Shown in pieces: positions 28,597 through 38,447 of a stretch of 64,000 nucleotides of DNA (within the stretch, counting starts at the first letter, position 1; every line of letters starts with the position of its first letter). This DNA is from Methanobacteriota archaeon (GTDB lineage Archaea > Thermoplasmatota > Thermoplasmata > Methanomassiliicoccales > Methanomethylophilaceae), in assembly GCA_023402275.1 (NCBI GenBank), contig JAEXCH010000010.1, positions 3,842-67,841 of the forward strand. Direction: 5' to 3'. Below the pieces are notes generated by a model that was not told where the DNA came from, did not search any database, and was given only the letters and a program-made list of their open reading frames with translations. Made by a program: the position numbers and the translations under genes.

Positions 28597-29640
28597 GCTT
28601 TGGTGAAACCATGAACAAAGATTAACCTCCCGCTGTTCATTTCACTCCCGGACGGCTGCTCCGTTAGAAAGAATGGCCGCCCAAGGATGGGATTGGCGTG
28701 CGCAGTAGGAGGGTAACCTCCAGACAAGATAGATTGGCCTCCATTATTAAGGCCACGTCCTCTGTCTTGGAGGGATTGGGTGTTCCGAGGTATTCCTCGG
28801 AATTCAGTAATCGATTGTATGATGTCCATTTGAAGATAGGATGGTTGATAATAAGACAACATCTGGACGTCTCTTTCAGAGAGTTGTGTTCCATACTTCC
28901 TTCGCTGAGGGTATGTAGAGGCCGGATACCAAATCATTCCACGCTGGTGAAGTTCTCTCAAGGGGCGGATGCGAAGTCGATGGATAAGGTGCTGCAGGCA
29001 CTGGCGCATATGCTGTGTTGAACAGAGATGATCATAGCCACGGATGCGACAGGATTCTTGTGTTTCAATGCTTCAAGACATTTCATAAAGATATTGAATG
29101 AAATGCGGTTCCGGTATAACGTGTAAGAGCAACATAATGGGGGATTCTCCAAGGCATCGTTCGCCGTTGACACGGAAACGAAGATGATATTTGGCTTGTG
29201 ATTGTGTGGATCCGCCAATGCCGATGTGAAGAGGATAACGTTCCTGATAGACGATCCGGTCAAGGAGAGATTCGATGTCGCTCACGTGGTCGCCGATAAA
29301 GGATATGATGCGGAATATGTTCATGTTGACATCCATGATAGACTGAATATGGAGGCATTCATTCCTGTGAGGAAGATAGAACCGGCGAGTATGGAGACCT
29401 CCAGAGTAAAGACCTCAGGATTTAACAGAGGGAGAATGAAGTTCTTCTTCGACAAAGAAACATACAACCGAAGATCGCAGGTGGAAACAGTCGTTCCATG
29501 GTCAAGCGTAAGATGAGAGACACAGTCTACAGAATATGTGGGGCTTCCAAACACAAGGGGGCCCTGTTCAGATGCATAGCTCACAATATCAGGAGACTCA
29601 TGGGTGCAGGTCATTCATTATAATATGGTTTTACCAGAGC
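28597..29640 (+). mobile_element. IS5-like insertion sequence, copy 2 (decayed), in tandem with copy 1
   Basis: gcttggtgaaaccat (28597-28612) versus the reverse complement of 29625-29640 (gctctggtaaaaccat). The leader is similar to copy 1 (catttcac..cc..gg.cgg ... ccaaggatggga..ggcgtg). Confidence 0.6.
28698..29516 (+). pseudogene. IS5-like DDE transposase pseudogene
   Basis: A single reading frame carries IATDATGF, VVADKGYDAEY and YNRRSQVETV. It is interrupted by three in-frame stops: TGA at 29019 (coordinate checked), then TAA and TGA further downstream (read by eye), and it ends prematurely. Confidence 0.7.
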
Positions 29641-29686
29641 ATTATTTCGGTCAAACCATTAATAGGGGGATGTACGATATACCTCT

Positions 29687-30070
29687 ATGGCAGTTATGGC
29701 GGGAAGGAATCTGATACTTTTGGATATCGCAGGGATGTTAATACTGGCGGTAGGAGCCTTGAGCATTAGTGGTCTGATCCCTATTCCGAATGCCCTTGCG
29801 ATCTTGATCATGATAATTGGCATGATGATGATCGCAATGTCCTCGTTGTTCATACATCTCTATGGATCCAAAATAAGGAAACAACATAACGAATTCGTAA
29901 GATTCGACAAGGTCAGGAGCGAGGCCAGACTAGTTCCGAATGATCTCGATGAAGGATACATCATCGATTATACCGCAGATCTTGAGAATGCCATAATTTA
30001 CACAAAAAATAGGCTGCATATTGAAGATGAAGATATACAAATCGAACCGATATATAAAGAGATAAATTGA
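29687..30070 (+). CDS. Small membrane protein (2-3 TM helices plus a ~60 aa soluble tail)
   Basis: Hydrophobic N-terminal half (LILLDIAGMLILAVGALSISGLIPIPNALAILIMIIGMMMIAMSSLFI). AT-rich. Ends 18 nt upstream of the HD gene. Confidence 0.5.
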   Translation: MAVMAGRNLILLDIAGMLILAVGALSISGLIPIPNALAILIMIIGMMMIAMSSLFIHLYGSKIRKQHNEFVRFDKVRSEARLVPNDLDEGYIIDYTADLENAIIYTKNRLHIEDEDIQIEPIYKEIN

Positions 30071-30088
30071 ATACAAAATGGTGAAAAG

Positions 30089-31276
30089 ATGTCAAAAGAA
30101 AAAAAAGCACTCAATGCCAACATTCTGTATCTCATGTTCGATACTGCGAATATGCACAGATGGAACGATCACCTAAGAACTATAGATCTTACAGAACTAG
30201 ATAAACAGGCACATAAGGCTGCTATAGCATGGGTCATTGGCAAGTATGAGGAAACAGAGGGAGGTTCAAGTGTAGATTGGACAAAAATAATTGAAAATTC
30301 TCTTTTTTCATTCATACAGAGGTCTGTATTAACTGATTTAAAACCTCAGGTTTTCCACAGAGTCATATCGGAAAAATCCGATGAGGTCAATAAATATGTG
30401 ATGGAAACATTTGACAAGTTCGTACCTGACTCTGATCCAAATTTCAGAAACAGACTTCAAAGATATCTGCGGTCTGATAAAAAATCAAAAGAAGATGACA
30501 TAATCAGTGCGGCACACTATCTGGCAACAAAATGGGAATTTGATGCAATATATGATGCTAACCGCTCCAGGTATGGAATAGAGGAGACAAAGAAGAAAGT
30601 ATATCTTCAAACCAACCAACACAAGGATCTTGCAGGTGTGAAAGAAATATTGTGCAATCAGCTTACATTTGGGTTCATAGATCTGATTGGGCAGCTAAGG
30701 TTCCAGCAAAGATGGGCAAGGACTCCTAGAATACCAAAAACAACTGTCCTGGGTCATTCACTACTGGTTGCTAACATGATATACTTGTGTGATGTTGATA
30801 GAAATGCATCTGACAGACAGATATACACCAACTACTACACAGCATTATTCCACGATCTCCCAGAAGTTCTGACCAAAGATGTTATAAGTCCAATAAAAGA
30901 GAATGTCGCAGGGTTGGCTGAACTCCTTGAATCGTATGAGAGGGAGTTGGTAGAATTGGAGATCATGCCACTGGTACCAGAAGCCTGGCAGAAAGAACTC
31001 AGGACGATGGTCCTTGAACCATTTGAGGGAGTAGAGGATGAAGCATTCCGAGAAAGAACGGGACCCGATATAAAATCCTGTGATATGATGGCTGCATACA
31101 TAGAAGCCAAAGCATCTGTATATTACGGCATATCATCGCGACCACTTGTAGATGGGATAATAAATCTCAAAAAGAATCTTAAAGAGAGAGGAACCAACAT
31201 CGGTGCGAAAGAGCTATTGGAAGATTTGGACGAACTCCTTGATTCTGATGAGTTGATCATTGATTGTTTTAATTAA
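30089..31276 (+). CDS. HD-domain phosphohydrolase, YfbR-like, apparently duplicated (degenerate N-terminal copy plus intact C-terminal copy)
   Basis: C-terminal half: QQRWARTPRIPKTTVLGHSLLVANMIY ... ALFHDLPEVLTKDV (H...HD...D). N-terminal half: an RWNDHLR...ELDKQAHKAA segment lacking the HD dyad. AT-rich coding sequence. Confidence 0.65.
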   Translation: MSKEKKALNANILYLMFDTANMHRWNDHLRTIDLTELDKQAHKAAIAWVIGKYEETEGGSSVDWTKIIENSLFSFIQRSVLTDLKPQVFHRVISEKSDEVNKYVMETFDKFVPDSDPNFRNRLQRYLRSDKKSKEDDIISAAHYLATKWEFDAIYDANRSRYGIEETKKKVYLQTNQHKDLAGVKEILCNQLTFGFIDLIGQLRFQQRWARTPRIPKTTVLGHSLLVANMIYLCDVDRNASDRQIYTNYYTALFHDLPEVLTKDVISPIKENVAGLAELLESYERELVELEIMPLVPEAWQKELRTMVLEPFEGVEDEAFRERTGPDIKSCDMMAAYIEAKASVYYGISSRPLVDGIINLKKNLKERGTNIGAKELLEDLDELLDSDELIIDCFN

Positions 31277-32538
31277 CCAATGGTTTCTTGCCCTCTCATG
31301 TATTTCCTTAACACTTCGGGTATCGTTACGGTACCATCCTTGTTCTGGTAGTTCTCCAATATCGCCACCATGGTTCTGGGAAGTGCCAATCCTGAACCGT
31401 TGAGCGTGTGTATGAACTCGCTCTTGAGATGAGGCTCGGGCCTGAATTTTATCCTTGCCCTTCTTGCCTGGAAATCAGTGAAGTTGGAACACGACGATGC
31501 CTCAAGCCATACGTCATTGGCGGGAGCATGAAGTTCTATGTCATAACATTTGGAGCACGAGAAGCTCATGTCCCCTGTACAAAGCAACAGTACACGATAC
31601 GGCAGACCCAATCCTTTGATGATCTCCTCCGCATTCCCTCTGAGGTCCTCCAGAACATCATATGAGGTATCGGGATGGACAAATCTGACCATCTCGACCT
31701 TGTTGAACTCGTGTACCCTGATTATGCCCTTTGTATCGGCGTGTTTTCCGACCTCCCTTCTGAATGATGGGAGGTATGCTGTGTAGAGAATAGGTAATTG
31801 ATCCTTCTCCAGGATCTCATCCATGAACAGATTCGTGATCGGGACCTCTGCGGTCGGATTCAGGAACATATCGTCCTTTTCCATGTGGTACATGTCCTCT
31901 TTAAGATTCGGATATTGGCCTGTACCTGTAAGGGCCGCCTTGTTCACAACGACCGGAGGGAACACCTCTGTGTAACCCTGATCCATATGTACATCCAGGA
32001 AGTAGTTTATGAGCGCACGTTCCAGACGTGCCCCGTCTCCTTTCAAACAGTAGAATCCGCTCCCTGCTACCTTTACAGCTCTGTCGAAATCTATTATGTC
32101 CAGGGCCTCTGCGATCTCCCAATGTTGTTTGGGAGTGAAATCGAACCTCTTCTTATCACCGTGTTCGTAGATCACTACATTTTCCGTGCTGTCCTTTCCG
32201 ATCGGGACGGAATCGTGAGGTATGTTGGGGATGTTCAGTATACAATCCTCTCTTATCGTTTCAAGTTCGGCCATCCTGCTGTCGTTGGATTTGATACTGT
32301 CGGCGACATCCTTCATCTCGGATATCTTCGAATCCTTTTCCTCTCCCTTCGGCATCTTGGATATCTGCATCGATACTTCGTTCCTTACCTTCCTGAGACG
32401 ATTGTTCTCGTCGGTCAGGGACCTCCACTCGGAGTCCGCGGCAAGGAATCTGTCCAGTATCTCAGTGTCCTTGTTCCTGTTGATGAGCATCTTCCTGATC
32501 ATCTCGGGCTCTGACCTGATAATGTTGACATCCAGCAT
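31273..32538 (-). CDS. serS: Serine--tRNA ligase
   Basis: N-terminal coiled coil; motif 2 LPSFRREVGKH; TAEVP; motif 3 GSGLALPRTMVAILENYQ. Confidence 0.9.
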   Translation of the reverse strand: MLDVNIIRSEPEMIRKMLINRNKDTEILDRFLAADSEWRSLTDENNRLRKVRNEVSMQISKMPKGEEKDSKISEMKDVADSIKSNDSRMAELETIREDCILNIPNIPHDSVPIGKDSTENVVIYEHGDKKRFDFTPKQHWEIAEALDIIDFDRAVKVAGSGFYCLKGDGARLERALINYFLDVHMDQGYTEVFPPVVVNKAALTGTGQYPNLKEDMYHMEKDDMFLNPTAEVPITNLFMDEILEKDQLPILYTAYLPSFRREVGKHADTKGIIRVHEFNKVEMVRFVHPDTSYDVLEDLRGNAEEIIKGLGLPYRVLLLCTGDMSFSCSKCYDIELHAPANDVWLEASSCSNFTDFQARRARIKFRPEPHLKSEFIHTLNGSGLALPRTMVAILENYQNKDGTVTIPEVLRKYMRGQETIG

Positions 32539-32547
32539 TTCGACACC

Positions 32548-32841
32548 TCAGAATTTCTTTTGGCTCAGCGATGTCCATGTACGTTTGTCAGTAAGGACGA
32601 CGACACCGCCTCTGACATCCACTACGACGGATTTTGTGGATTCGGCAAGCGTCTCAGCGATCTCTTTCACATCACCGTCCACAGTGTTGAGGACCTTGAC
32701 CTTGATCAAACGTGCATTCTTGAGCTGAGCGATTATCTCGTTGATCAATCCCACATCTATCCCATCCTTTCCTACGTGCACAGTGGAATTCAGCTCTTTG
32801 GCACGTCTCATCAGTTCCTTTCTTGCGTCCTTTTCCGTCAT
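32548..32841 (-). CDS. YhbY-like CRM-domain RNA-binding protein
   Basis: MTEKDARKELMRRAKELNSTVHVGKDGI...IKVKVL. I use the internal ATG at 32841, which overlaps the rnp4 stop (ATGA). The upstream part of the 220-aa ORF in the track is the rnp4 region read out of frame. Confidence 0.75.
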   Translation of the reverse strand: MTEKDARKELMRRAKELNSTVHVGKDGIDVGLINEIIAQLKNARLIKVKVLNTVDGDVKEIAETLAESTKSVVVDVRGGVVVLTDKRTWTSLSQKKF

Positions 32842-33158
32842 TTGGATCTCTCCTTGTTGTATGGCATCCTTTTGATAGAACCGCAGTCCTGACATCTGGT
32901 CACTATCTTTCCACCTGTCAATCTTACGGTGCTGTTGACACCAGGTATCATGGGGATGTGGCAATCCTTGCAGTATGTGAAGTCCTTCGGAATCTTCACC
33001 CTTGTCTTCATCCCTATGCTCCTTGCCAATTCCACGTATCTTTTCGCAAGGTCTCCCCTTCCATTCCTGAGGGCATCCTCGGAAAGGACTCTCAGTTTCG
33101 ATATGCGTTCTTCGCCTATTGCGGAGATGGCGCCTTTGGAGATACGTCTTTTTGACAT
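32838..33158 (-). CDS. rnp4: RNase P protein component 4 (Rpp21)
   Basis: Basic helical N-terminus (ERISKLRVLSEDALRNG...LAKRYVELARSIGMK) and zinc ribbon CKDCHIP...CQDCG. Confidence 0.8.
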   Translation of the reverse strand: MSKRRISKGAISAIGEERISKLRVLSEDALRNGRGDLAKRYVELARSIGMKTRVKIPKDFTYCKDCHIPMIPGVNSTVRLTGGKIVTRCQDCGSIKRMPYNKERSK

Positions 33159-33206
33159 GGCCTTTGGATAAGGAGTTAAGATACTGATATAAAGATTCTC
33201 TTTTGA

Positions 33207-34232
33207 TCAATGCGTTCTTGAGAATGATAGAACGTAATCCCTCAGTTCTATCTCCTCCTCGCTCAGGTCATCCTTTGCGTCCTCTCTGATGTCCTCTGCA
33301 TACATCTCCCATATGAACACAAAATGGTCATGGAACTCAAGTATCGCATCATCAAGATCGTTCTTTGATACAGTAACACCGAGAGGTTCGTTGCTGAGTG
33401 TCCAAAGGTCATTGTCCGCATCATGGTCCACGTTGGCTACCAGCGGTCCGCTTAGGTCGATACATCTCTCCGATGATATCACCTTCTCGAATGATATGTA
33501 CGGGAGTTCATCAAGCCCGTATATCTCGGATATGCTTTCCATGAATCCGTCATCGGATAGTATGATGTTCCCGCTTACGGTACACGGTCTGTTGAAAAGA
33601 CGTTCATGATCGTCACTGAAAGGAAGGCTGCCGTTGAAATCCAGGGGAAGATCGAATATGTCCGTCTCCAAATACGCGGATTCACCGTCTCTTTTCAATA
33701 TCCCCGTGACATCGCCCATGAATGATCCAGATCCGTCCTCTATTAGGGATACCAACCACTCTTTGTTGACATCCTTGAATGTCCTTTCCTCATCTCTGCC
33801 CCCGAACGATAATCCCAGGCCCCCGAGTCCCTCTGAAAGTGAAAGCACACAGTTCAATATCGGACCTCTGTTCCTAGGATCAGGATATTTTTCAAGGATG
33901 GTATCGTGTCTTTCATCGATGACATCGTTGAGAAGGTCGATAAGGTCCATCAAGGCGGCCTTCAGCAGAGCATCGGGTCCTGTCAACCCTATATCGGCGG
34001 ATGAGGACACATTCATCCCTGCTCCATCGACATAGATGGTGAATCTTGATAAAAGGTCCTCAGGAACATCGTCCTGGAGATGCAGTTCCCTTACAACTAT
34101 GCTCTTCCCTATCTCTCTGAGAAGCCCCTGTACGTTGACCATCACGCTGCCCGCGACATCCACTGGCACACGTTGTCCCTTTGCAGGAAGCACATTGAAA
34201 TCAAAAGCACCCATATTCCGACCCCGAATCAT
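33207..34232 (-). CDS. Hypothetical acidic protein
   Basis: 341-aa ORF upstream of and co-oriented with rnp4. No motif recognised. Confidence 0.5.
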   Translation of the reverse strand: MIRGRNMGAFDFNVLPAKGQRVPVDVAGSVMVNVQGLLREIGKSIVVRELHLQDDVPEDLLSRFTIYVDGAGMNVSSSADIGLTGPDALLKAALMDLIDLLNDVIDERHDTILEKYPDPRNRGPILNCVLSLSEGLGGLGLSFGGRDEERTFKDVNKEWLVSLIEDGSGSFMGDVTGILKRDGESAYLETDIFDLPLDFNGSLPFSDDHERLFNRPCTVSGNIILSDDGFMESISEIYGLDELPYISFEKVISSERCIDLSGPLVANVDHDADNDLWTLSNEPLGVTVSKNDLDDAILEFHDHFVFIWEMYAEDIREDAKDDLSEEEIELRDYVLSFSRTH

Positions 34233-34394
34233 TATCTGATTGTGCGTATATAATCCTCTGGACCACCAAAACCCATGGAAAGGGTTATATGTGCTATGTT
34301 ACTCGCCATTGATAGATAAAATAATAGGACAGCAACAGTCTTTAAATAGAAATTCGGGATTGTCGCTCTATTATATTCCACAAAGGTGGCGCAA

Positions 34395-34913
34395 ATGGTA
34401 AGAAAGCCCGCATCGATGTACAGAAGGATAACAGGACAAGCGTATACACGTCGCGAATACATGGGAGGAGTTCCCGCAAGCAGGTTGAGCCAGTTCGACA
34501 TGGGCAACACAAGCGGAGAGTTCCCGGTAGTTCTCACTCTCAAGGTGGAGAACCGCGTTCAGATCAGACACACAGCCCTTGAGGCAGGACGTATCGCTGC
34601 AAACAAGATGCTCTCTGGACAGGCGGGATCGGCAAACTACCACCTTAGGGTGAGGGCCTACCCACACTGTGTTCTCAGAGAGAACAAACTCGCTACCGGT
34701 GCAGGTGCGGACCGTGTGTCAAGCGGAATGCGTAACGCTTTCGGCAAGAACGTCGGAACAGCTGCAAGACTGGAGCGCAATCAGGCAATACTTACCGTCC
34801 GTGTCACACCCGAGAAAGCAAACGTCGCCAAGACAGCACTCTGGAAAGCATCCATGAAGTTCCCCACCCCCTGCTACGTAGTAGTTGAAGAGGGTCAGGA
34901 ATACATGAAGTAA
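34395..34913 (+). CDS. rpl10e: 50S ribosomal protein L10e (uL16)
   Basis: MVRKPASMYRRITGQAYTRREYMGGVP. ATG 34395 preferred over GTG 34386. A TATA-like tttaaata sits at 34341-34348. Confidence 0.9.
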   Translation: MVRKPASMYRRITGQAYTRREYMGGVPASRLSQFDMGNTSGEFPVVLTLKVENRVQIRHTALEAGRIAANKMLSGQAGSANYHLRVRAYPHCVLRENKLATGAGADRVSSGMRNAFGKNVGTAARLERNQAILTVRVTPEKANVAKTALWKASMKFPTPCYVVVEEGQEYMK

Positions 34914-34915
34914 AC

Positions 34916-35905
34916 ATGTTCGATCTGGACCTGGAGAAGATATCCTCTTGGATAAAGAAGAGGGGATATTCCTCCGTGGCCATTCAATTGCCTGAGGGCC
35001 TTAAGATGGATGCCCTCAGGATATCTGATTCTTTATCAAATTCAACTGACGCTGAGATCATCATACTTGGCGATCCATGCTACGGAGCATGCGATCTTTT
35101 TGTTGATTATCGAAGATATGCTGACGCACTGGTGCATTTTGGTCATTCCCCAATACCACCTCAGGACAGCGATGAGGATGTGTTCTTCGTTGAGGTCAGG
35201 GTGGATGTCGATATCGATGATGCAGTAAGGAAAGCAGCAGACACACTTCCCAAAAGAGTAGGGTTGCTTGCCACAGTGCAGTATCTCGGCCTCATACCAA
35301 GGACGAAGACCGTCCTGGAAGAATGCGGGAAGGAAGTCTATGTAGGGGAAGGTGACGGAAGGATATTCCACCCCGGACAAGTTCTAGGATGCAATTTCAG
35401 CGCAGCAGAGAGTATCGCGGATAAAGTCGATGGTTACCTCTACCTGGGTGAGGGGGACTTCCATCCTCTGGCAGCCGCATTCGGCGTCAAGAAGATGATG
35501 ATGGTCATGAACCCTTTAACAGGAGAGACAAGGTCGGTGGAGGATGCCAAGGAAAGGATGCTCCGCAAAAGATTCGCTGCGATAGAATCGGCAAGGTCCG
35601 CACAGAGCTTTTTGATCCTTGTATGTACAAAGACAGGACAGGACCGTTCCGGCATCGCTGATAGCATTTTCAAAACAATAAAGAACAACGGAAAACAAGC
35701 TTACAAACTGGTGATCAACGAGATCGGACCTGATGCTTTGCTTTCATACAATGTGGACGCATACATCAATACGGCATGTCCGAGGATAGCCATGGATGAT
35801 TCCGCAAGATACCCAAGACCCATGCTGACCGTTACAGAAGCGGAGATAGCATTGGGTATGAAGGATTGGGAAGAGTACGAATTCGACTCAATCACAAATC
35901 CTTAA
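34916..35905 (+). CDS. dph2: 2-(3-amino-3-carboxypropyl)histidine synthase (diphthamide synthesis, Dph2)
   Basis: Three spaced Cys contexts, GDPCYGACD, VLGCNFS and INTACPRIA, as in archaeal Dph2. 329 aa. Confidence 0.75.
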   Translation: MFDLDLEKISSWIKKRGYSSVAIQLPEGLKMDALRISDSLSNSTDAEIIILGDPCYGACDLFVDYRRYADALVHFGHSPIPPQDSDEDVFFVEVRVDVDIDDAVRKAADTLPKRVGLLATVQYLGLIPRTKTVLEECGKEVYVGEGDGRIFHPGQVLGCNFSAAESIADKVDGYLYLGEGDFHPLAAAFGVKKMMMVMNPLTGETRSVEDAKERMLRKRFAAIESARSAQSFLILVCTKTGQDRSGIADSIFKTIKNNGKQAYKLVINEIGPDALLSYNVDAYINTACPRIAMDDSARYPRPMLTVTEAEIALGMKDWEEYEFDSITNP

Positions 35906-35918
35906 TATGCCAGAATAG

Positions 35919-36680
35919 ATGGGCGTCCCGATGTTCACAACACAGGAACTCCTGCACATGGATCTTCCCGACGTAAAGGTTGGAATCGGAAGAGGTACGG
36001 ACTCTGGACACGTTGAGAATAGCGTCCACGCCCTTAACTCAGAGAATATTCAGATATATGATGATCCAAAGGCATTGATAGATGATCTCTTCTCGGGAAA
36101 GATAGATGCTGCAGTCAGGGGGGACATGCCGTCCTCCGAACTCCTTCACATCCTGAAGCAACGTGCAGGTGTTGATGAACTGGAAAGACTGGTAATCATG
36201 GAACCCAAAAGAGGGAAAGCGATATTCATGGCCCCTGTCGGAATAGATGAGGGATGGACCGTGGAACAAAAACACGATATCGCCAAACGCTCCGTGGAAC
36301 TCATGAAGGGAATGGGCGCCGATACTCGCATCGCGGTCATGTCCGGCGGCAGAAGCGAGGACAAAGGAAGGAATCCTGTCGTTGACAGGTCCATAGACGA
36401 TGCAGAGGAACTGGTCGGTATCCTTAAGAATGAGGGTTATGACGCATACAATGCAGAGATACTGATCGAGTCTGCGGTTGAGGAAGCAGATCTCATAATA
36501 GCTCCCGACGGTATAGCAGGCAACCTGATCTTCAGGACATTGCATTTCATAGCTGATGCCATTGCATTGGGGGCACCGGTACTGAATATAGATAAGGTGT
36601 TCATAGACACCTCCAGGGTAAAGACGGAATATATCGACTCGATAATCCTGGCAATGAAACTGGCAGAGGAGAGGAAATGA
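35919..36680 (+). CDS. Phosphate acyltransferase-fold protein, MtxX / methanogenesis-marker-4-like
   Basis: C-terminal IAPDGIAGNLIFRTLHFI, typical of the PTA/PTB fold. Size and layout resemble MtxX. Assigned from memory only. Confidence 0.4.
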   Translation: MGVPMFTTQELLHMDLPDVKVGIGRGTDSGHVENSVHALNSENIQIYDDPKALIDDLFSGKIDAAVRGDMPSSELLHILKQRAGVDELERLVIMEPKRGKAIFMAPVGIDEGWTVEQKHDIAKRSVELMKGMGADTRIAVMSGGRSEDKGRNPVVDRSIDDAEELVGILKNEGYDAYNAEILIESAVEEADLIIAPDGIAGNLIFRTLHFIADAIALGAPVLNIDKVFIDTSRVKTEYIDSIILAMKLAEERK

Positions 36681-37150
36681 TACTCGAGATAGACGGAGGA
36701 TACACCGGAATAAGGTTCTCATCATGCCATTTCATCCCGATGCATGAGAAGTGTTCCAGACTTCACGGACACAGCTACATCGTAAGGATGAGAATGGAAG
36801 GCGAAGTCGACGAGAACGGGATGGTCATGGATTTCGTGATAATCAAGAAGAAACTCAAGATGATGATCGATGAGATGGATCATAAGGTCCTGCTCCCGGC
36901 AAGGTCAAAGATAGTGAAACTTGAGGAGAAGGACGATTCCATTGAAGTCACATCATGCAACAAGAGATACGTCTTCCCGTCGGAGGATGTTCTGCTTTTG
37001 GATATTCCAACAACAACGGCAGAGGAAATGGCAAAGATGATGGCTGAAAGGATGTCTAACGAGATCGATTTCCCAAAGACCGTGAAGAGCATATCCGTCG
37101 GGTTGGACGAGGAACGCGGTCAGACCGCATGGTATACGAAGGTATTGTGA
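36677..37150 (+). CDS. queD: 6-carboxy-5,6,7,8-tetrahydropterin synthase
   Basis: CSRLHGHSY motif; followed by queC and queE. Confidence 0.8.
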   Translation: MILEIDGGYTGIRFSSCHFIPMHEKCSRLHGHSYIVRMRMEGEVDENGMVMDFVIIKKKLKMMIDEMDHKVLLPARSKIVKLEEKDDSIEVTSCNKRYVFPSEDVLLLDIPTTTAEEMAKMMAERMSNEIDFPKTVKSISVGLDEERGQTAWYTKVL

Positions 37151-37819
37151 ATGGAGAAGGCCGTTGTTCTGTTATCTGGCGGGTTGGACTCTACCGTGAC
37201 GTTAGCGATGGCATTGGACCAAGGGATAGAGGCCACGGCATTGAGTTTCAGATACGGTCAGAGACACACCAAAGAACTGGAATCCGCAGGAAATGTTTGC
37301 AGACACTACGGAATAAGGCATGTTGTCGTGGACATTGACCTGACGTCTTTCAGATCCGCTCTGACGGATAACAGCATAGAAGTGCCAACAGACCGAGAGG
37401 GAGAACTGGATAAGGAAATACCCATAACATATGTTCCGGCAAGGAACATAATATTCCTGAGTGTTGCAGCAGGACTCTGCGAATCCATAGACGCTGATTC
37501 GATATACATCGGGGCCAACGCAATAGATTATTCCGGATATCCCGACTGCCGCCCGGAGTTCTTCGAGGCATTCAAGGACATGCTCTCCAAAGGAACAAAG
37601 GCAGGCGTTGAAGGTAACCCGATCGAGATAAGGACCCCCATACTTAGGAACACGAAAGCAGACATCGTTAGGATAGGAAAGGAACTCAAAGCACCTTTGG
37701 ACCTAACGTGGTCATGCTATAACGGCGGGGATAAAGCATGCGGTCATTGCGACTCATGTAAACTCAGACTCAAAGGTTTCGAGGAAGCGGGATACAAGGA
37801 CGAGATAGGTTACGAGTGA
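37151..37819 (+). CDS. queC: 7-cyano-7-deazaguanine synthase
   Basis: PP-loop VVLLSGGLDSTV and the C-terminal Zn cluster CYNGGDKACGHCDSCKLR. Confidence 0.9.
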   Translation: MEKAVVLLSGGLDSTVTLAMALDQGIEATALSFRYGQRHTKELESAGNVCRHYGIRHVVVDIDLTSFRSALTDNSIEVPTDREGELDKEIPITYVPARNIIFLSVAAGLCESIDADSIYIGANAIDYSGYPDCRPEFFEAFKDMLSKGTKAGVEGNPIEIRTPILRNTKADIVRIGKELKAPLDLTWSCYNGGDKACGHCDSCKLRLKGFEEAGYKDEIGYE

Positions 37820-37823
37820 TATC

Positions 37824-38447
37824 ATGAGGATATGCGAATACTTCAGATCGATCCAGGGAGAAGGCATAATGATCGGCGCTCCCACATATTTCATAAGGAC
37901 CGCAGGCTGCAACCTGCGTTGTGATTGGTGTGACACAACCTACGCATGGGACGGAGGAAAGGAGACATCGATCGATGAGATAATGGAGATCCTTGACAAT
38001 ACCCAGAACATCTGCATAACAGGCGGCGAACCTCTCCTTCAGAATGATCTCACGGATCTTATAGAACGACTACTGGATGAGGATAAGAGGATAGTCATAG
38101 AGACGAACGGGTCCGTCGACATCTCTGTCATACCGAATGATGACAGGATAATCATAAGCATGGACATCAAGTGCCCCTCATCCGGCATGTCCGAACGGAA
38201 TATGATGTCCAACCTTGGATACCTTCAGAGGAAGGATCAGCTCAAATTCGTGATCGGGGATAATATCGATCTCAACTATGCTATCAAATTCCTAAGGGAG
38301 AATCCTGTGGATACCAACGTCATATTCTCTCCCGTAGGAGGGATGGACCTTGCTCCGATAGCCGAAGAGGTCATCCGAAGGAAATTGAATGTAAGGGTAT
38401 TGCCCCAGCTTCACAAGATCATCTGGGGAGATAGGAGATCAGTCTGA
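37824..38447 (+). CDS. queE: 7-carboxy-7-deazaguanine synthase (radical SAM)
   Basis: CNLRCDWCDT cluster motif and SIQGEG near the N-terminus. Confidence 0.85.
   Translation: MRICEYFRSIQGEGIMIGAPTYFIRTAGCNLRCDWCDTTYAWDGGKETSIDEIMEILDNTQNICITGGEPLLQNDLTDLIERLLDEDKRIVIETNGSVDISVIPNDDRIIISMDIKCPSSGMSERNMMSNLGYLQRKDQLKFVIGDNIDLNYAIKFLRENPVDTNVIFSPVGGMDLAPIAEEVIRRKLNVRVLPQLHKIIWGDRRSV

Noticed and set aside
31798-32514. 238-aa ORF antisense to serS. Similar long antisense ORFs occur at 12111..12740, 36039..36725, 44567..45181, 54759..55304 and 63042..63590.
   Set aside because: Each one is opposite a confidently identified gene (serS, rpoD, mtxX-like, rtcB, mcrB, atwA) and shows no recognisable motif.
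32842-33210. Upstream 123 codons of the 220-aa ORF 32548..33210.
   Set aside because: This stretch is the rnp4 (Rpp21) gene read in another frame. The YhbY-like domain starts at the internal ATG 32841, coupled to the rnp4 stop.
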